A DNA stretch of 64,000 bases, taken from positions 1 to 64,000 of the forward strand of contig CAVRCI010000010.1 in assembly GCA_963719495.1 (NCBI GenBank), read 5' to 3'. Origin of the DNA: an uncultured Verrucomicrobiae bacterium (GTDB lineage Bacteria > Verrucomicrobiota > Verrucomicrobiia > Chthoniobacterales > JAATET01). Made by a program: the position numbers and the translations under genes. Shown here piece after piece: positions 60,148-64,000 of this stretch. Each line of letters opens with the position of its first letter. The stretch's first letter is position 1. The notes under the pieces are model-generated. The model was not told the origin of the DNA. It searched no databases and worked only from the letters and a program-made list of their open reading frames with translations.

Positions 60148-61503
60148 ATGAAAATCCTATCCTTCACCTTCGTCGGTGCCCTGGCCCTTGCCCTCACCTT
60201 CCCAGCTGTCGCCCAAGAGGAGTTCCTCGACCGTCAGACGGAAGCCTCGGCATCGCCCACGCGGAGTTATCTCGAGGGCGATTACGGCTTCGGCGATTTC
60301 GGCGGCCTGCGCACTGACTTGGAAGATCGCGGCATCAGCTTGTTCGGAGGCTACGCCGTCGAGGTCTGGGGTAATACGAGCGGCGGTCTGAAGCGCGGCA
60401 CCGTCTACACGGGCCTTCTCGACTTCGGCGTCGACCTCGACTTCGGCAAGCTAGCCGGCATCGAAGGTCTCACCTTCCGTTCCAGCTGGCTCTGGCTCAG
60501 CGGACGCGACGCCTCCGAGGATCTCGTCGGCAACATCTTCACGACGAGCAACATCGCCGGCTTCAACACGCTCCGCGCTTTCGAGCTCTGGCTCGAGCAG
60601 TCCCTCCTCGACGACCGACTCTCCATCCGCGTTGGCCAGCTCTCCGCCGACGAGGAATTCATCATCTCCGACACCGCCGGCACGTTCCTGAACGGCACTT
60701 TTGGCTGGCCCGCCCTCGCGTCCGAAGCCCTGCCCAATGGCGGACCCGCCTACCCGCTCGCCACCCTCGGCGTGCGCGTCGCCATCCACCCGACCGAATG
60801 GTTCAGCTTCCTGAGCGGTGCGTTCCAGGGCAACCCCTTCGGCGAGGACGTCAACCGCCACGGCTTCCGCTGGCGCCTCGACGACGAGAACGGCTACACC
60901 TTCATCAACGAAGCCCAGTTTCGTTGGAACGAAGTCGCTCTACCGGGAACCGTCAAATTCGGCGGATTCGCCAACACGGAGTTCTTCGAGCGATCCAACG
61001 GCTCCGGCGAAGAAGTCTACGGCAACTTCGGCTTCTACGGCATTGCCGACCAGGCACTCTACCGCGAACCCGGCACGCCCGTCCCAGCAGCCGTCACGAG
61101 CAAGGACGCCAAGTCCTTCAAGGAGCCTGTCTCCGTCATCGAACCGTCGAATCAGGGCCTCAACGCCTTCGTCCGCGCCGGATTCACCCCGCAGGACCGC
61201 AACTTCATCGGCTTCTACCTCGACACCGGCTTCGCCTACACCGGCCTCATCCCCACCCGCGACAACGACGTCTTCGGCGTCGCTCTCGGCTACGCCGACC
61301 TCTCCGACGATGCCGCCCAAGCCACCTTCGACGAAGGATCCCGCAAAGTCGGCTACGAGATCGTGATCGAGGCCACCTACGACATCGAAGTCACCCCCTG
61401 GCTCCATGTCCAACCCGACGCCCAATACGTCATCCGCCCCGGCGCGACCGGAGACCTGGGCAACGCTTTCGTCCTCGGAGGCCGCGCCTCGATCGTCTTC
61501 TAA
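60148..61503 (+). CDS. OprB family carbohydrate-selective porin
   Basis: GGLRTDL..RGI, ELWLEQ, GQLSADEEF, QPDAQYVIRPG, C-terminal F. Confidence 0.9.
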   Translation: MKILSFTFVGALALALTFPAVAQEEFLDRQTEASASPTRSYLEGDYGFGDFGGLRTDLEDRGISLFGGYAVEVWGNTSGGLKRGTVYTGLLDFGVDLDFGKLAGIEGLTFRSSWLWLSGRDASEDLVGNIFTTSNIAGFNTLRAFELWLEQSLLDDRLSIRVGQLSADEEFIISDTAGTFLNGTFGWPALASEALPNGGPAYPLATLGVRVAIHPTEWFSFLSGAFQGNPFGEDVNRHGFRWRLDDENGYTFINEAQFRWNEVALPGTVKFGGFANTEFFERSNGSGEEVYGNFGFYGIADQALYREPGTPVPAAVTSKDAKSFKEPVSVIEPSNQGLNAFVRAGFTPQDRNFIGFYLDTGFAYTGLIPTRDNDVFGVALGYADLSDDAAQATFDEGSRKVGYEIVIEATYDIEVTPWLHVQPDAQYVIRPGATGDLGNAFVLGGRASIVF

Positions 61504-61506
61504 AAA

Positions 61507-61673
61507 AGGGTAGGGCAGCCGCGCCGCCGGGTGCCCACTTCCGGTCACCGAGTCGCGGCCGCCAACCAGAAAACGTCCAATACTCCGCGGACGACTCCGC
61601 AAAAAGACGCCGAAACGCCAGACTCCCGTCCAACGTAGAAGCAACGGAACGCGCGGCGCGCCTTCCCTACCCT
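61507..61673. repeat. REPIN-like inverted doublet of GTAGGG-type REP (family E); single copy near 27615
   Basis: agggtagggcagccgcgccgc / gcggcgcgccttccctaccct (19/21). Confidence 0.75.
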
Positions 61674-61689
61674 CGAAACGAAGCGGCGG

Positions 61690-63768
61690 CTAGCCGCCCG
61701 ACTCGGCGACCAACGCCGCCCTCGCCCGGCGTCGCCGCTGCGCTTCGGCCAGGAATTCCTCCTGCGCGTCGAACCGCGGCTCGTCCGTGACCCGCGGGAC
61801 GTAGATTCCGTCCGGCTGCATCACCCGCGCCTTCACGTTGTCGCGCCAGAACCAATCGAGAATTTCGTCGACGTGCTCGCGCACTCCAGGGGTCGTCAGC
61901 GGAAAAACCGTCTCGACCCGCTTGAATAAATTCCGCTGCATCCAGTCCGCGCTCCCCAGATAGATCGTCGGCTCGCCCCCGTTTTCAAATCGAAAAACCC
62001 GGCTGTGCTCGAGGAAGCGCCCCACGATGCTCCGCACCTCGATATTCTCGCTCACGCCCTTGACCCCGGGCCGCAGCGCGCACATCCCGCGCACCAAGAG
62101 CCGCACCTTCACGCCCGCCGCGCTCGCCCGGTAGAGCGCCTCGATCACGCCCTCCTCGATCAGCGAATTGATTTTCGCGTAGATCCCCGCCGGTTTCCCC
62201 GCGGCGGCGTTCCGCGCCTCCGCGTCGATCATTTCGACGAACCGGCTCTGGAGGTTGAACGGAGCGACCAGCAATTCGTTCATTCCCTGAAATTTCGAGA
62301 CCCCCGTCAGCAGATTGAACAACTCGGCCAGATCGTCCGTCACCTCCTCGCGGCACGTCAGCATCCCGATGTCGGTGTAGATGCGCGCCGTCGACGGGTG
62401 GTAATTTCCCGTCCCGAGGTGCGCGTAGCGCCTGATCCCGTCGCCCTCGCTCCGGACCACCAGCAGCGCCTTCGAGTGAGTTTTCAGCCCGGCCACACCG
62501 TAGACGACGTCGACCCCAGCCTCGCGCATCATCCGCGCCCACTTGATGTTCGCCGCCTCGTCGAACCGCGCCTTCAGCTCGATGACGACCGTCACTTGCT
62601 TGCCGTTCCCCGCGGCCTCGATAAGCGACTGCACGATCGGCGAATCCGAACTCGTCCGATAAAGCGTCTGCTTGATCGCCAGCACGTGCGGGTCCTCCGC
62701 CGCCTGGGCGAGGAAGTCCACGACCGTCTGAAAGCTGTCGTAAGGGTGGTGCAACAGGATGTCGCCCTTCCGCAGATGATAAAAAACGTCCGCGTCGGCA
62801 TCGAGCGCCACAACGGTGTTCGGCGAAAATCGCTTATACCGCAGGTCCGGCCGATCGATTTGCAGGGCCAGGGGCATCAACCGCACGAGATTCAGCGGAC
62901 CGTCGATTCGGAAAACGTCCTCGTCCTCGAGGTTGAACAACTCGATGAGCCGCCCGACCACGTGCTCCGGGCAGTCGTCCATCACCTCGAGCCGCACCGC
63001 CGCGCCGCGATTCACCTTCCGCAGCTCGGTCTCGATGGCGTGAAGAAGATTTTGAACCTCCTCTTCGTCGAAATAGAGGTTGCTGTTGCGCGTGATCCGG
63101 AAGAGGTGCGCGCCCTTCACTTTCACGCCCTTGAACAACGCCCCGACGTGCTCCTGGATGATGTTGCCCAGAAAAACGTAATGGTCCGCTTTCCCGTCCG
63201 GAAACGGCACCACGCGCGGCAGAATCCGCGGCACCTGAACGACCGCGATGTCGGTGTTGAGGTTTTCGCCCTCGAGTTCGACGACCACGTTCAGGCTTTT
63301 GTTGAGGAGCTGCGGAAACGGATGGACCGGGTCGATCGCCAGCGGCGTCAGCACCGGGTAGACGGTTTTCCGGAAGAATTCCTCGAAAAACTTCGCCTCG
63401 TCCTCCGACACGTCCGGGTAGTGATGAAACGCCACGCCCTGCCGCTCGAGCTCGGGCTGCAATTGCTCGCGCCAGATCCGGTATTGGTCGTCGACCATCC
63501 GCCGCACCCGGTCGCTGATCCGCTCCAGCGCCGCCGTCGCCGACAACCCGTCCAGCCCGGCATCGTGCGAATGCATTTGCCGCTGCTGCTTGAGGCCCGC
63601 CACGCGGACTTCGAAAAATTCGTCGAGATTCGAACTGACGATGCAGAGGAACTTTAGCCGCTCGAGCAACGGATTCGACGGATCCGCCGCCAGATCGACG
63701 ACTCGCTGATTGAATTCCAGCCAGCTCAGCTCGCGGTTGAAATAGTTCTGAGGGTCCCGGAAATCCAT
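61690..63768 (-). CDS. ppk1: Polyphosphate kinase 1
   Basis: NRELSWLEFNQRV, HHPYDSF, ELKARFDE, LKTHSK, GRFLEHSR. Confidence 0.97.
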   Translation of the reverse strand: MDFRDPQNYFNRELSWLEFNQRVVDLAADPSNPLLERLKFLCIVSSNLDEFFEVRVAGLKQQRQMHSHDAGLDGLSATAALERISDRVRRMVDDQYRIWREQLQPELERQGVAFHHYPDVSEDEAKFFEEFFRKTVYPVLTPLAIDPVHPFPQLLNKSLNVVVELEGENLNTDIAVVQVPRILPRVVPFPDGKADHYVFLGNIIQEHVGALFKGVKVKGAHLFRITRNSNLYFDEEEVQNLLHAIETELRKVNRGAAVRLEVMDDCPEHVVGRLIELFNLEDEDVFRIDGPLNLVRLMPLALQIDRPDLRYKRFSPNTVVALDADADVFYHLRKGDILLHHPYDSFQTVVDFLAQAAEDPHVLAIKQTLYRTSSDSPIVQSLIEAAGNGKQVTVVIELKARFDEAANIKWARMMREAGVDVVYGVAGLKTHSKALLVVRSEGDGIRRYAHLGTGNYHPSTARIYTDIGMLTCREEVTDDLAELFNLLTGVSKFQGMNELLVAPFNLQSRFVEMIDAEARNAAAGKPAGIYAKINSLIEEGVIEALYRASAAGVKVRLLVRGMCALRPGVKGVSENIEVRSIVGRFLEHSRVFRFENGGEPTIYLGSADWMQRNLFKRVETVFPLTTPGVREHVDEILDWFWRDNVKARVMQPDGIYVPRVTDEPRFDAQEEFLAEAQRRRRARAALVAESGG

Positions 63769-63832
63769 AAATGCCCGCCCCGAAGGCGCGAACCGGAACT
63801 CTAATCGAAAATCCGTAATCGAAAATCGAAAA

Positions 63833-64000
63833 TCACACCGCAATGTCCTCGTTCCACAGCTCGGGCCGATCCGCGATGAATGCCCGCATCATCGCCACGC
63901 ACTCCTCGTCGCCGAGCACCTCCAGCTCCACGCCCTCACGCCGCAACCAATCCTCGGCCCCCACGAACGTCGTGTTCTCCGCGATCACGATTTTCGGGAT
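63833..64000 (-). CDS. C-terminal part of a nucleoside/cytosine deaminase (truncated by the window)
   Basis: Own translation IPKIVIAENTTFVGAEDWL...ECVAMMRAFIADRPELWNEDIAV*, resembling the FCY1-type C-terminus. Confidence 0.75.
   Translation of the reverse strand: MPKIVIAENTTFVGAEDWLRREGVELEVLGDEECVAMMRAFIADRPELWNEDIAV

Noticed and set aside
2959..63657. Many long antisense or alternate-frame ORFs (for example 2959-4545, 42298-43728, 53987-55477, 62005-63657)
   Set aside because: Shadow ORFs expected from high GC3; Arg/Pro/Gly-rich with no recognisable motifs.

Overview
High-GC bacterial chromosomal segment, probably Verrucomicrobiota (inferred from gene content). It is mostly housekeeping: amidase, leuS, rdgB, moeA, marR-tolC, Zn/Mn ABC operon, gltBD, rplM-rpsI, two CPA2 antiporters, thyA-folA, pyrF, ispE, tal, pyrG, exbBD, fabF, hldA, phoH-HD-ybeY, clpS, recO, two hupE/ureJ genes, an OprB porin and ppk1. 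It also holds one complete ISKra4-like IS and a compositionally atypical gene for a large secreted repeat protein. The main finding is in leuS, which carries an in-frame ~234-aa insertion at the end of the CP1 editing domain. The insertion encodes an HUH/Y1 (RAYT/TnpA-REP-type) transposase domain bracketed by two translated REP-like hairpins. Intergenic spaces hold several strand-biased REP-like families, doublets, nested elements, heptamer arrays and long inverted repeats, and some of these have entered coding sequence or supply start/stop codons. All calls are from motif reading by eye; no searches were run.
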